64,000 nucleotides of DNA. It comes from Chloroflexota bacterium (GTDB lineage Bacteria > Chloroflexota > UBA11872 > VXNJ01). The notes under the pieces are model-generated. The model saw only the letters and a list, made by a program, of their open reading frames with translations. It did no database searches and was not told the origin of the DNA. Every line of letters begins with the position of its first letter. Position 1 is the first letter of the stretch. Below are positions 1-10,855 of this stretch, in pieces. The stretch is taken from the NCBI GenBank assembly GCA_965261345.1, contig OZ253449.1:192001-256000 (forward strand). The letters run 5' to 3'. A program made the position numbers and the translations under genes.

Positions 1-423
1 TGCCGCAAACGGGCAACCGCCGGTGGTACACAGATTCGTGCTCGAATGGTCGTTCATTGACAATCTTGCGACAGGATTAGTCGACCGCAGCGACCAAAGC
101 GTACTTTGACCAAGTGCAATTGCCACCCGTGTGCGCCCTCAACGGGACGTTGAGAATCTCAGTTTGCACCAATAGCCACAGTCGCGATTAATTGACTGGC
201 ATTGGGTGTCGGCGGAAATTAGAAAGGGCCTGCTGAAAAAGTCCCGCCTGAACTGACACCGCACCTTAAGTTGGCGTACGGCGGCCTCGACATCTTTTCG
301 AAGTGCAACAAGTTGCCGCTTAAGTCCAATGGCCTGGGATGCCCGAAGGTGGGATTCAACCCCGACGAGAGCCGTTTCAATGCCTGTTGTGTTGGCAGAA
401 CCCCGGGGCACTTTCAAGTTGGC

Positions 424-1698
424 TCAATTTGCGCCGGAAGGCGTGCCGGCTCTGCAGGCCCTAACTTCACCAAGGATCGCGTTCGCGTTAGCAAGGTGGA
501 CATTTACTTCCAACATTTTGGCGACCCCAGATTCCATGGATGCCACGTCGAAGAAATCGATGCCTTGTTGAACGTGGCCCGAAACCTCAATTGAATCGCT
601 GGCGATCGCATTTATTTCTGTTTCAAGATTGGCCAAATATGGCGGTGCATCGGCGAGATTGACAAGCGATTCGGCCGACAACTCAAGTTGTACCAATTGC
701 AACGCCAATTGGAATATCCACGTTTCTTCAAACAGCAATTCCGGATTCGAGCCTAAGTCGCCAAATACGGAAGCGAGTTCCGTGTACGTGTTGCCTAGCG
801 TCGCCATGTGCGGCCCGATGTCTTCTAGGTATCTCTGAACGGCTGGATCCAAACAAGCCGGAACGGGTGTTGAGGAGGCTGTCCCGGTTGGTGTCGGTGT
901 CGCGGTCAGTGAAGTCCCTGATGTCGTCGTCGCGGGCGATTCTCCCAGAATTACCAATACCTGCCCAGGGTGAATCACAGATGTTGCATCTAAGCCGTTA
1001 GCATCCATCAAATCTTGTAAATCGACCTGGTAATCAAAGGCGATCGCCGCTAACCATTCCCCAGGTTGTACGGTGTGCGTTGTGGGGACCAATTCTGTTT
1101 TCGCCGTAATCTCAGATTCGGCCTCAGCAGGGGTTGGGGTATCTTGTGGTGATGGGCCGGGTCGCGCGCCAGGTGTCGGGGGAGTCTTCGTCAATAAGGA
1201 AGCCACGCTCGGGCCTGATTGCGTGGTGCCGCTAATCGTCAACTCCGCCCCTTCGACGCCGTCCTCAGAAACCGCCCGCACACGGTATCGCCGAGTTTTT
1301 CGGCGCTCGAGGCCGTCGTCGGTGAACGTCGTATCTGCCACGAAATGGTGTTCGTCAGTGAAGAACGCAATGTCCACGGTGATTTCGTAACGCTCGACAG
1401 AAACTTCAGTCGCGTTGGCCGGAGCGCCCCAGCGCAGCGTGATTGAATCATGCGTGGTGCTTTCAATTTTCAGGTTCTGAACAACACCCGGTTTGTCGGT
1501 AACAGCGTATGGAGTTGTCGGACTAGGAGACTCTTCTAATTGCGCGTCCTTCCCGACCTCTGCGATTTCGGTCGGGGTGGTCAACTCGAGCGACGGGTCG
1601 CCAGCAGCCTCGCATTCGGACTCGGCCGCCGCTAAGACCAGGGCCAAAGCGCAAATCAGAAAAATGGTGTGCCAACGGCTAAACCGCGCTGACTTCAT
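424..1698 (-). CDS. Secreted protein with fibronectin type III and LysM domains
   Basis: Signal-peptide-like N-terminus; FN3 motif (PGVVQNLKIESTTHDSITLRW...YRVRAVS); Pro/Thr linkers; LysM (HTVQPGEWLAAIA...NGL...IHPGQVLVI); helical C-terminal domain. Confidence 0.85.
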   Translation of the reverse strand: MKSARFSRWHTIFLICALALVLAAAESECEAAGDPSLELTTPTEIAEVGKDAQLEESPSPTTPYAVTDKPGVVQNLKIESTTHDSITLRWGAPANATEVSVERYEITVDIAFFTDEHHFVADTTFTDDGLERRKTRRYRVRAVSEDGVEGAELTISGTTQSGPSVASLLTKTPPTPGARPGPSPQDTPTPAEAESEITAKTELVPTTHTVQPGEWLAAIAFDYQVDLQDLMDANGLDATSVIHPGQVLVILGESPATTTSGTSLTATPTPTGTASSTPVPACLDPAVQRYLEDIGPHMATLGNTYTELASVFGDLGSNPELLFEETWIFQLALQLVQLELSAESLVNLADAPPYLANLETEINAIASDSIEVSGHVQQGIDFFDVASMESGVAKMLEVNVHLANANAILGEVRACRAGTPSGAN

Positions 1699-1905
1699 GA
1701 AACCAACTCCTCAGGTCGGCATCGCCAGCGGCGTTACCAACCCGCCGGCAAACACAAGCTGTCGACGCCGACCATTATGCGGTGGATCACGTCCCCTGGA
1801 GTGGTGTAAGAGCACCCGCTTGATCAACTAAGCCAACGCGATGACAAAGGGCCATCGTGTAAACCTCTACGGAGTCAATTCACTTACTTCGTCGAGGAAC
1901 CATCG

Positions 1906-3139
1906 ATGGCCCAACTTGATTATCAGACCTTGCTTGCCCTTATCGCCAAGCAAGGGTTTGACAGCAGCGAATTCGTCCGCAGCGCCGTACGGCACGCCTA
2001 CCAGGAACTTATTGACGCCGGCCTGGCCGAAAACATCGGCGCCAAACCGCACGAGCGCAACGGCGAGCGTCGCAATCGGCTTTGATGGCTCGCGCAAGCG
2101 CACCCTCTCCACCCGGGCGGGCGACATCGAGATTGCCCTGCCCAAGCTGCGCCAAGGCAGCTACTACCCCGAGTTCTTGGAGCGGCGGCGCCGCATCGAC
2201 CAGGCCCTCTACGGCGTCATCATGACCGCCTACAGCAAGGGCGTCTCCACCCGCAAGGTCGACAAGCTGGTGGAGGCGATGGGAGTAAACGCCGGGATCT
2301 CCAGGTCCGAGGTGTCAAGGATCTGCAAAGGCATCGACGAGCTGGTCAATGCCTTCCGCGAACGCGATCTCGCGCATACGACCTTCCCGTACCTCTATCT
2401 CGACGCCACCTACGTAAAAGCCCGAAACGCGCATGCGGTAAGGTCGCGGGCGGTGGGCATAGCAATGGCCATAAACGAGAACGGCCATCGCGAGCTGCTG
2501 GGGCTTGCAATCGGCCACAGCGAAGCGCAGGGCTTCTGGGAGGACTTGATCGCCTCCCTGGTAACGCGCGGTCTATCCGGCGTGCGGCTGGTGATCTCCG
2601 ATGGGAACCAAGCCATCGGCAACGCGGTGACAAAGCTTATTCCCGAGGCCGCCTGGCAGACGTGCAGGACACACTTTGGGCGCAATCTTCTACCAAGGGT
2701 CAGAAGCGGCGACCGCGGGCTGGTGGCAGCCGGACTGGCGTCGCTGTTTGGGCAGGCTGACAAGCAGAGCGCCATGGACGCCTTCGGAGATTTCGCCGAT
2801 CGCTTAGAGCGCAAGTATCCGGAACTGTCCACGATCCTCGAGGACTCCGAGATCGCCCTGACTGCCTACACCGCCTTCCCGCCTTCGCACTGGCGCAAGA
2901 TCTGGTCCACCAATCCCCTAGAGCGCGTTATGGGCGAGCTAAAGCGCCGCACCCGGGTAGTACAGCTCTTCCCCGACGATGACTCGGTCCTGCGCCTTAT
3001 CGGAGCGGTCCTAATTGAGCAGAACGACGAATGGCTCGCATCCGAGCGCCGCTATATGTCCAGGCACTCGATGGCCTTAATCGGCCAACCCCCATCTCCG
3101 GGAGAGAGGCAGTCCCCGCTGGCATTGCCGGCGGGGTAG
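1906..3139 (+). pseudogene. IS256 transposase, one frameshift near the 5' end
   Basis: RBS gagga then ATG 1906 (MAQLDYQ...IGAKPHERNGERRNRL*); continues in the frame of ORF 1841..3139 after ~2080; motifs YLDATY, LVISDG, QTCRTHF, STNPLER. Confidence 0.85.
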
Positions 3140-3450
3140 CAACCGCCGCCGGGGGCCGTAGCGCCCTCCAGGGAAATGGAAGGTCGTGCGCCCGGCTTGG
3201 CGCTAGCTGGGCCTAAATAAGGATCACTAGCGTCGAATTGGGCCGACTTTCCCAACAAACCCGGCCCGGTGAGCCCGAATGCGAGCCGTTACGGGCCGGG
3301 GCCGGCCTTCGGACCCATGGAAGCCCATATGACCGCGACCGCGCCATGGTCGCAACTGGCAAAATGATGGACGCCTTACCGGCAGTCGCCGTCACAGCCA
3401 AGGACTCGAAACTCCCCCAGCAAGCCCCAGCAACCATCTGCCGGCCCTGC

Positions 3451-3484
3451 CGGCAGCTGCAACTCTGTAGAGTTGCAGCTGCCG
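3451..3484. repeat. Perfect 16-bp inverted repeat (hairpin) in the IS256 3' tail
   Basis: cggcagctgcaactct-gt-agagttgcagctgccg; no U-tract, so not a classical intrinsic terminator. Confidence 0.8.
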
Positions 3485-3807
3485 AACCCCTAAACGTAGA
3501 GGACGGCTTAGTTACACCACACCGTGGGACACGTCCGACTTAGGCCGCTAGTGCTGTGTTGGCTGTGTCCGAAAATCATTGTGTCTAGAGGCGGTCGAAC
3601 ACGCCGCAAACGCCAATCGACTCAAACCGCGGAGACGCCGTTCCACTTTGGGACCTCACGCACTCGAATTAGTTTGGAGCTGGCGAGCACCGGAACGCGG
3701 CCCCGGTGAAGAATTACGAGCAGCGATACGTACCTATTCGTTCAACCGCAATCCATACGCCCGATGCCGACAAGTGAATGATGGTTGACCAGTTTCAGGA
3801 AAATTGC

Positions 3808-4242
3808 ATGAGCGAGATCACCATCAAGCTGGTTGAAACCAAAGCCGAATTCAAGGGCGCCTTAACCGTCCGCGAACGCGTATTCGTACAAGAACAACAA
3901 ATTCCTGCCGAAGTGGAACTCGACGAGGCCGACGAAATCGCAATCCATGCCGTCGCCCTGCATCAAGGGAGAGTAGTCGGAACCGGCCGGCTGGTAATCG
4001 AGAATGACAGCTGGGCCCGGATCGGGCGTATGGCCGTAGATGAGAAATTCCGCCGGCAGGGAACCGGGGCGCGGGTCCTCGTATTTCTAGAAGATGCAGC
4101 CCGGGCACAAGGATCTTACCGGTCCGTCCTTCACGCCCAGGAGTACATCAAGAGCTTTTACGCCCGGCGCGGTTATCGGGAGCACGGCGCAGCCTTCTTA
4201 GAAGTGGGCATTCCTCACATCGAGATGCACAAGCGCCTGTAG
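3808..4242 (+). CDS. GNAT-family N-acetyltransferase (ElaA/YjcF-like)
   Basis: R..VFV.EQ, IGRMAV...RRQGTG, LHAQ, FY...GY, E.GIPHIEM motifs; RBS agga before ATG 3808. Confidence 0.9.
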   Translation: MSEITIKLVETKAEFKGALTVRERVFVQEQQIPAEVELDEADEIAIHAVALHQGRVVGTGRLVIENDSWARIGRMAVDEKFRRQGTGARVLVFLEDAARAQGSYRSVLHAQEYIKSFYARRGYREHGAAFLEVGIPHIEMHKRL

Positions 4243-4432
4243 TCCAAACCTTTTAACCCCCTCCCATTTAATTGGTGGGCGCGATAGGCCAGGCTTTTCG
4301 CAAACAAGAATCGACGGAAAGCGTGCTGGGTTCGGTTCAATCCTTATGTCAATTACTTGTGGCTTTTCGGACATTGCCGAGTGGCTTTACGTGAGGCTGA
4401 TCCACTTGGCAGCTGGGGCCAGGTAGACCGCA

Positions 4433-5944
4433 ATGGGCTCGGCCCCTGAAGATATCGCTTTGAAATTCCAAAGTTCGCCCTTTCCGCGCATGAGCTTACA
4501 CACGAGGTTCGCGCCACTGGTGATCGGATTCGTTTGTGTTTTTTTGGGGACCTATGACGCCACCGCCTGGGGAGTGGTTCTACCGGCGGTCGCCAATCAA
4601 CTTGAACTCGATCTGATCGTTGCGCAGTGGGTCGTATTGGCGCCAATAATCATAAATGCATCGCTGCTCTTAGCAATGGGAAACTTGGCCGACAAGGTCG
4701 GTCACCGGCGCGTTCTCTACTTCGGATTGGCGGTCTATGTCACTGGCGCCCTGTTGGTTACGCTCTCAAGCGGGTTCCTCCTTCTGATCGCTGCCCGGTT
4801 ACTTTCCGGGATTTCGTTTGCCGTTCTCTTCACCGTCGGTTCGGCATTTACGGTGCGGGCGTTCGTGCCCGCCCAGCGGGCGCGGGCACTTGCAATCGTC
4901 GGTATTTGTAGCACTGTTGGTCTGACATCAGGCCCGTTGATTGGTGGATTGATCACCGCGCAGATCGGATGGCGCTACCTTTACGTGGTCCCATTGGTCA
5001 TCCTGGCGGTCTGCCTGCTGGTGATCGTAATCGCGGTCCGCACCCGACTCTGTGAGCGGTTGTGGGAAACCCCGCGGCGCCTCCGGCGCCGGTTCGACCT
5101 TCCCGGGGCGGTCCTGATGTTGGTTTGGCTGGGTCCGTTGCTCTTTGCAATCACCTTGGGCAACACAAGAGGCTGGTTGAGCCCAGAGATCATAGCGGCG
5201 GCAACTGTCGGAGTTCTGGCACTTGCGGCGTTCTTCCGCCTTCAGCTGCGTGCGCCCGAACCCACCTTAAATTTCTACCTTTTCAAACTACGAGATTTCC
5301 GGTTGCCGGTCCTAGCCGCGTATCTGGGGTTCATGACGGGTACCGTGGGCTTCCTGTTGCTGCCGATTTACATGGCCCAGGTTCTCGGGTTGTCACCATT
5401 CCTGATCGGCGCGGTTTTCGCGTTAGGGCCGGCGATGACGTTCATCATGGCCCCCCTCGCGGGTATGTGGGCCGAACGATCTTCGCCGCGCCAGCCAGCG
5501 ACGACAGGGCTACTCGTGATTGCGCTTGGGTCGGCTGCAACGTTGCTGCTCCAGACTGATTCGCCGGTCTGGTTTCTGCTGATCCTGTCGGCTTTGACCG
5601 GACTCGGATTCGGGGCATTCGAGTGGACGATCAGCGCTTCCATCGTGGGCTCGTTGCCAAGATCAATGCTTGGCTTGTCGGCCGCCTTTTTTGCCACTGC
5701 TCGCACGTTGGGTTTTTCCACTGGCCTGGTGCTTTGGGGGCTAACGTTTACCCTTGTCGTTACCACGTATGCCGGGACCACCGAAGCGCTCGCGGCCGGC
5801 CCCGAGGACCTGTTGATCGGACTCCGCTTCTGCCTGGGGGCCAGCACCTTGATCGCCCTTTTTGCGGCTTTCCTGACGATACGCCAGCGTGACAATCCCG
5901 ATGCCATCACGGAGGCTGAAATCACCGCGTTGCGCCCGCGTTAA
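4433..5944 (+). CDS. MFS transporter, DHA2/EmrB-like
   Basis: About 14 hydrophobic segments; motif A GNLADKVGHRR; GPLIGG; start could be ATG 4490. Confidence 0.85.
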   Translation: MGSAPEDIALKFQSSPFPRMSLHTRFAPLVIGFVCVFLGTYDATAWGVVLPAVANQLELDLIVAQWVVLAPIIINASLLLAMGNLADKVGHRRVLYFGLAVYVTGALLVTLSSGFLLLIAARLLSGISFAVLFTVGSAFTVRAFVPAQRARALAIVGICSTVGLTSGPLIGGLITAQIGWRYLYVVPLVILAVCLLVIVIAVRTRLCERLWETPRRLRRRFDLPGAVLMLVWLGPLLFAITLGNTRGWLSPEIIAAATVGVLALAAFFRLQLRAPEPTLNFYLFKLRDFRLPVLAAYLGFMTGTVGFLLLPIYMAQVLGLSPFLIGAVFALGPAMTFIMAPLAGMWAERSSPRQPATTGLLVIALGSAATLLLQTDSPVWFLLILSALTGLGFGAFEWTISASIVGSLPRSMLGLSAAFFATARTLGFSTGLVLWGLTFTLVVTTYAGTTEALAAGPEDLLIGLRFCLGASTLIALFAAFLTIRQRDNPDAITEAEITALRPR

Positions 5945-6086
5945 GGCCGGAAAAGGGAGCGTATTTGCGTGCGAATTGCCCGGGCACAACACCCGGGAGG
6001 CGAGGGTCGACTTCCCATTCCGCGGCCCTGGATTCGATGCGCAATTGGGGAGCGAGTTGAATAAATCTATAGGATGGGGTCGGCGC

Positions 6087-6485
6087 ATGTCGAAAGCAAA
6101 ACCTGACGATTCAACACTTGTGGTCGTCCGCGGACACGACCGGCGATTGAATTCGAGTCGGGTGCGATGACCCGCATCGCGAAGCGTCCGGGGCGTTGAC
6201 CGGGACCCAGAGAAATTCACCGTTTGGCGTGAACGATTTCTCCCGGGCATTGCTCGACTGGGCACTATAACCCGAACTGTGAAATTAAAGTTTTATGTCG
6301 CCTACCGCCAGGTGGTCATCCTCTCGGGAGCTGACCTGTCCATTGAAGCCGTAACCCGCCTCGGAGAAATGTCCTATGTCCCGCCCGGCGCAGCTCACCG
6401 GCCAGTCAACACCAGCGAAAACGAGTCACTGCGGTTGATCTTCGACCGCAACGCCCCAGTCGAATTTGCCGCGGAGGTGGAATGA
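6087..6485 (+). pseudogene. Degenerate cupin gene, paralog of 37416..37835
   Basis: Fragments in different frames (LVVVR, ESGAMTRIA, YVPPGAAHRPVNTSENESLRLIFDRN) align with the intact cupin; several frameshifts and stops. Confidence 0.75.
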
Positions 6486-7201
6486 GTTAGCCCAATCGAC
6501 TGCTGATCTTTCCTCCTCTCCCTGCAAATATGGGAGATCGAATTCACCAGGGCTCATGTAGCCGAGCGCTTAGTGGCGGCGCTGGCCGACTGAGTCATTC
6601 ACGATCTTTCGTATTTCGATGAAAAGCCATGCAAAAGCGTTGCCGCGATGACGCGGTACGAGGAGGGACACTTTCGACTTTGTGGCGAAGCGGCGGATCA
6701 ACCCCGGTGCGCCCGATCAGCAAGGTCGGCTAAACGGGTAGGAATCGCTGCGGGCCGAATCCACTCAAGTCAATGAGGGGGAGCCGGCCACTGGCTGCTG
6801 AAGTGAAATTTGTTGGGCCGGTGGCCGAATTGAACTCAGATGACATGCTGCTCGCCGGATTGTTTGTGACCGTCGTGATCCTTTTTGCGGGTTCGATCGG
6901 CGCAGACGTAGCGATCTCCATTCGTGTGCGACCACGAATTAGAGTTCGTTTTCGCACGTTTCGTTGCGCCACTTCCGAAGAGGGAATTGCGCGTTGATCG
7001 CCGAATCGACTCCACCGCGCTCTTGCGCAATTCAATTCTTAACGGTAGTCGCCATTATGTCGAGTGTCGCATCATGGCCGAACACCTGCCCTGCCGCCGC
7101 TAGTGATGGCGCCGCAGTCGGGCGCCGGGCAACGTCCCTCAGTGCTTGGGCCTGCAAGCGCAAATCGCCGGCATCCTGATTGCGGCAGTGCGCAGGCACG
7201 T

Positions 7202-7887
7202 TTAGTGCAACAAGCCTTTGGCAAACTTCTGCGCGACGATCCTCCGCACGGCGTCATCCAGGGGGCCATCACCGGCCACAAGCTCGGCGAGGCCGCCGCC
7301 CGCAAACAGTACCGCCCAGCGATAGGCGCTTTCCGCACCGGCGCGCCCGCCTTCCAGGACCGGGACCTCGCCCAACGCCTCATCCAACAGCTGTATCATT
7401 TCGGTGGCAATCCGCCGGTGGTAGCGCTCCGAGACCGCGGCGGCGTCACCGCCCTGCCCCAGCGATTGCTGGTACCAACGCATTCCGTCCAGGTGCTTGA
7501 TCCGGGTGCGCGGAAAAAACGACACCATGAGGTTCCAGGGATCGGCGTCGGGCCGCTGGTCGCCCCGTGGCGGAAGTCGGTCCGCAAAATCACCGTGGGA
7601 ATATCCAGCATGTTGGCGTACATGTACTCAACGACCGCTCCTGAACCCAGTTCTGAGCCGTCGAAGTTAAAGAGCGCCAGATCACACTCCATCACCGCGT
7701 TAAGGTCCTGATCGCGGATCCCCATCGGACCAATGTCCCTCTGCTCCAGGTCCTGGGGAAGGACGCACTTGAAACGCCCCGCGGAAGCGTCATCAATCTG
7801 GGCACCGAGCAGGGCATTGCCTGCCAGACCTTTGTGATCGAACAAGTGGCCCGTGAAATAGATGGTGTACGGCGCTGACATGGTCAT
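7202..7887 (-). pseudogene. Nucleoside 2-deoxyribosyltransferase-like protein, one frameshift
   Basis: YFTGHLF, CVLPQD, D..AVMECD, DG..GSG...EY.YA motifs; adding one G to the G4 run at 7563-7566 joins ORF 7396..7962 to ORF 7202..7528 (HGGDQRPDADPWNLM); may be a sequencing error. Confidence 0.75.
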
Positions 7888-8061
7888 TTCGGTTTCATCC
7901 AGATGCTTGGTCGCCAGCTCCTGCATTCGGATCGCAAGACGCTGTCCCAAACCTTCGTGCACAAGGCTAGCCGCGCCATTGCGTGAGTCGCTGGAAACAT
8001 TCGTACTGCAACCCCGTTATCGGTGAATACAAATACCTTTACGCTCGCGGCGGACGCATTC

Positions 8062-9486
8062 CTAAGGGCGCCCTGGTTTCCAGTATCCGGACGAGACAAA
8101 GGCTTGCCCGGCATTTATGAGCCGGCGTTTTTGCTGCGACAGGAGCACCCGTTGGCAAATTTCCTCCGGATCGTAGTCGCGCAAGGCCCGGGCCCGGAGT
8201 TCGGTCAGTTTCTCAGCGTAATCGGGATTCTTGCTCTGGTCAGCCAATTCGTCCGGGTCGGTGACTAGGTCGAACAACTCTTCGGATTCGTCCAAGTGTC
8301 CGTGATAGTAGTTGTATTTCAAGTCGCCAACGCGCACCATCCGACATGGCCCCTTGGCGGCCACCGCGGCATAGTCGGCGATTACCTCGCCGGCCGATTC
8401 TTCGGCGCCCGCGGACAGCGGCAGAAGGCTCTCGCCGGCCCAGTAATCGGGGGCTTCAACACCGGCCGCGTCGAGGATCGTGCTCGATAAGTCGACCAGC
8501 GACACCGGCTGCTTGACGCGGCGGCCGGGGTCTGCGCGCCCAGGCCAACGGATGTGCAGGGGGATTCCCACTGAATCCTCGTAAAAGGTCTGCTTGGTCC
8601 ACATACCATGCTCACCGGCGCTGTCCCCGTGATCGGATGTGTACACGACCATGGTGTCCTCATGCTGCCCGGATTCTTCCAGCGCGTCCAAGACTGCCCC
8701 GAGCCGATCATCACAGTAGGTGATCAACCCGTAATAGGCAGCCCTACATCGGGCCGTCAATTCTGGGTCCACGCCGATATAGGAAAACCATTCCGCCACC
8801 CGACGATTGTGCGGGTGGATGTTGTCCCAGTGGGGCGGAATGTGTGGCTGATCGGCGTGCTCGGGGAAGTACTGGTCCCAGTAGGGTTGGCGTGCAACGA
8901 AAGGGAAATGGGGAGTGATGAGCCCGACCAACAGCGCCCACGGGCGCTCGCTGTCGGCCTGCGCGCGAATGTAAGTGCTGGCTTGGGCGGCCGCGATTTC
9001 GTCATAGGCCGAAAAAACGTTCTCGCCAGGGCCGGAAACGGTGAACAGATTCTTGCCAAAGGCGGCTTTTTCAGGGTGCCATTCCGACCAGTTGGCAGTC
9101 AGGTTCAGATCCCAGTCGCCATGGCAATCGGAGAGGATGCGGCGCTGGAAACCGTGCATCTGATCCGGCCCCTGGAAGTGCATCTTGCCGCAAAGCACAG
9201 TCTCGTAACCGGCGGCGTTGAGCAGATGGGCCCAGGTGGCCTCGTCGCTGCTGAGCGCGGCAGCGTTGTCCCAGCTTTCGATGCTTGGAAGGAGCTGCCC
9301 GGCCATGAAAGAAGCGCGCGATGGCGCGCAGACCGGGGAATTGCAATACGCGTTTTCGAAGGTGGTGCCCTCGTTGGCCAGCAGTTGCATGTTGGGCGTT
9401 TCGACGAAGGGGTGGCCGTACGGGGCGGAAAAACGCGGTGAATGCTCGTCACTCATCACTACGAGGATGTTGGGTTGCTTAGGCAT
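8062..9486 (-). CDS. Formylglycine-dependent sulfatase (choline-sulfatase-like)
   Basis: PNILVVMSDEH; CAPSR active-site motif; GKMHF; SDHG. Confidence 0.92.
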   Translation of the reverse strand: MPKQPNILVVMSDEHSPRFSAPYGHPFVETPNMQLLANEGTTFENAYCNSPVCAPSRASFMAGQLLPSIESWDNAAALSSDEATWAHLLNAAGYETVLCGKMHFQGPDQMHGFQRRILSDCHGDWDLNLTANWSEWHPEKAAFGKNLFTVSGPGENVFSAYDEIAAAQASTYIRAQADSERPWALLVGLITPHFPFVARQPYWDQYFPEHADQPHIPPHWDNIHPHNRRVAEWFSYIGVDPELTARCRAAYYGLITYCDDRLGAVLDALEESGQHEDTMVVYTSDHGDSAGEHGMWTKQTFYEDSVGIPLHIRWPGRADPGRRVKQPVSLVDLSSTILDAAGVEAPDYWAGESLLPLSAGAEESAGEVIADYAAVAAKGPCRMVRVGDLKYNYYHGHLDESEELFDLVTDPDELADQSKNPDYAEKLTELRARALRDYDPEEICQRVLLSQQKRRLINAGQAFVSSGYWKPGRP

Positions 9487-9766
9487 GACTACCTCTTAAA
9501 TTGCTGCTTGGAGGCTGATCGTCGATCCGGAAACCGGATTCTGGACCAGTTGAAGTTCCCGAGCTGAAAGTGCTGGCGCCAGGAGCGGTTTCCGACCGGA
9601 TGCTGTCGGCGGACTCGAGAAATCCGGCCCCCGGGATGATCCCTAGCATTGTCCCTTGACCACCAACGCGTACGCGATTTTCCTGGGCATGAATCGGATC
9701 TAGGAACGGACGCAGCACGAGGCCCTCACCAGCTAGAAAAGCTTGGATCCCGGTGGGGGCACGCTC

Positions 9767-10855
9767 CTAGTCGGTGCGGTCCAGGTAGGCCTTCACGATG
9801 TCGATGATGAGAGAGATGTCGGCGCCAACCTCGCCGATCGGCGAGGTTGGCCGACAGCCGGTGGTGATGCATTCGTGGAAGCGGCGCAACTCGCGGCGGA
9901 AGGGACTTTCCCAGTCCAGTGCCGGTTCGTTGGTAAATGTGGATCCGGCGGCATCGATACCATGGATCCGAACGCGCGAGAGCCCGCGCGAGAAACCGGT
10001 TTCGTAGGAAACAATGACACGCTTGCGGGAACTGAAGACCTCGAGCGTCTCGCGGAAGTCCCACAGGTCCGGAAGGTCCACCCAGGTGGCCACGCAGCGG
10101 AAACCAGGAGCGTATTCGAGCGTGGTTGAAACCGCGGTCCCTTCCTGCCATATGTCGGCACTAACCACGCGCTCGGGCAGCCCGAAAAGCGCCCGGAGGC
10201 CGTAGAGATCGTGGATCAGACTCCCCGAAAGAATTCCGAAAACCCTGGTGATTTCCGGGCCGACATTCCCGATCGCGTCGTGGACGGCGCGGGCACGTTC
10301 GCTTTTTTTCTGCTCGATCGCCGACCGCGGAACGTCGCCGAAACTCCGGGTTCGGAACTGGCCGACGTGCAGGTCGTTGTGAGGGTGCAGGTGATTGACC
10401 TGAACGAAGCGGATGTCTTCCATCTCTGCAACTTCGGTCCAGGCCCGCTCGAATGCCGGCTCGTAGAGCTTTACGTAGCCGGCCAGGGCGACCTTTTGAG
10501 CGGCGGCGATTGCCCGGGCGATCGCCTCAAATTCGGCCGGGGAGAAACAGATCGGCTTTTCGGCGAAGACGTGCTTGCCGGCCGCCAGCGAGTCCACGAT
10601 CGACTGCGATTTGGGGTCCGTCTGGCACAGCAGGACGGCATCGATGTCGGCTGCGAGCAATTCGCGATAGTCGGTGAACGTCCGCGGCACGTGGAACTGC
10701 TGGGCAGCATGGGATGCCGCTTTCGCCGAGACGTCACAGACGGCGACCAGCTCGAACTCCTCGGCCAGCTCACTTAGGAAGGGCAGATGCTGGATCTGGG
10801 CGATCGCGCCGCAGCCGATGACGCCGATCCGGACACGCCGACAGCTGGACGTCAT
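9767..10855 (-). CDS. Gfo/Idh/MocA-family oxidoreductase
   Basis: IGVIGCGAIA Rossmann motif; GKHVFAEKP; IHDL. Confidence 0.9.
   Translation of the reverse strand: MTSSCRRVRIGVIGCGAIAQIQHLPFLSELAEEFELVAVCDVSAKAASHAAQQFHVPRTFTDYRELLAADIDAVLLCQTDPKSQSIVDSLAAGKHVFAEKPICFSPAEFEAIARAIAAAQKVALAGYVKLYEPAFERAWTEVAEMEDIRFVQVNHLHPHNDLHVGQFRTRSFGDVPRSAIEQKKSERARAVHDAIGNVGPEITRVFGILSGSLIHDLYGLRALFGLPERVVSADIWQEGTAVSTTLEYAPGFRCVATWVDLPDLWDFRETLEVFSSRKRVIVSYETGFSRGLSRVRIHGIDAAGSTFTNEPALDWESPFRRELRRFHECITTGCRPTSPIGEVGADISLIIDIVKAYLDRTD

Larger units (their letters stand above)
1785..3536 (+). mobile_element. IS256-family element (copy 1)
   Basis: Imperfect 25-bp terminal IRs (gatcacgtcccctggagtggtgtaa at 1785; ttacaccacaccgtgggacacgtcc ending 3536; 18/25 match) around a Mutator-type transposase; no TSD visible. 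Confidence 0.85.

Noticed and set aside
6773-6997. 74-aa single-TM ORF
   Set aside because: No clear RBS or family motif; cannot be distinguished from chance
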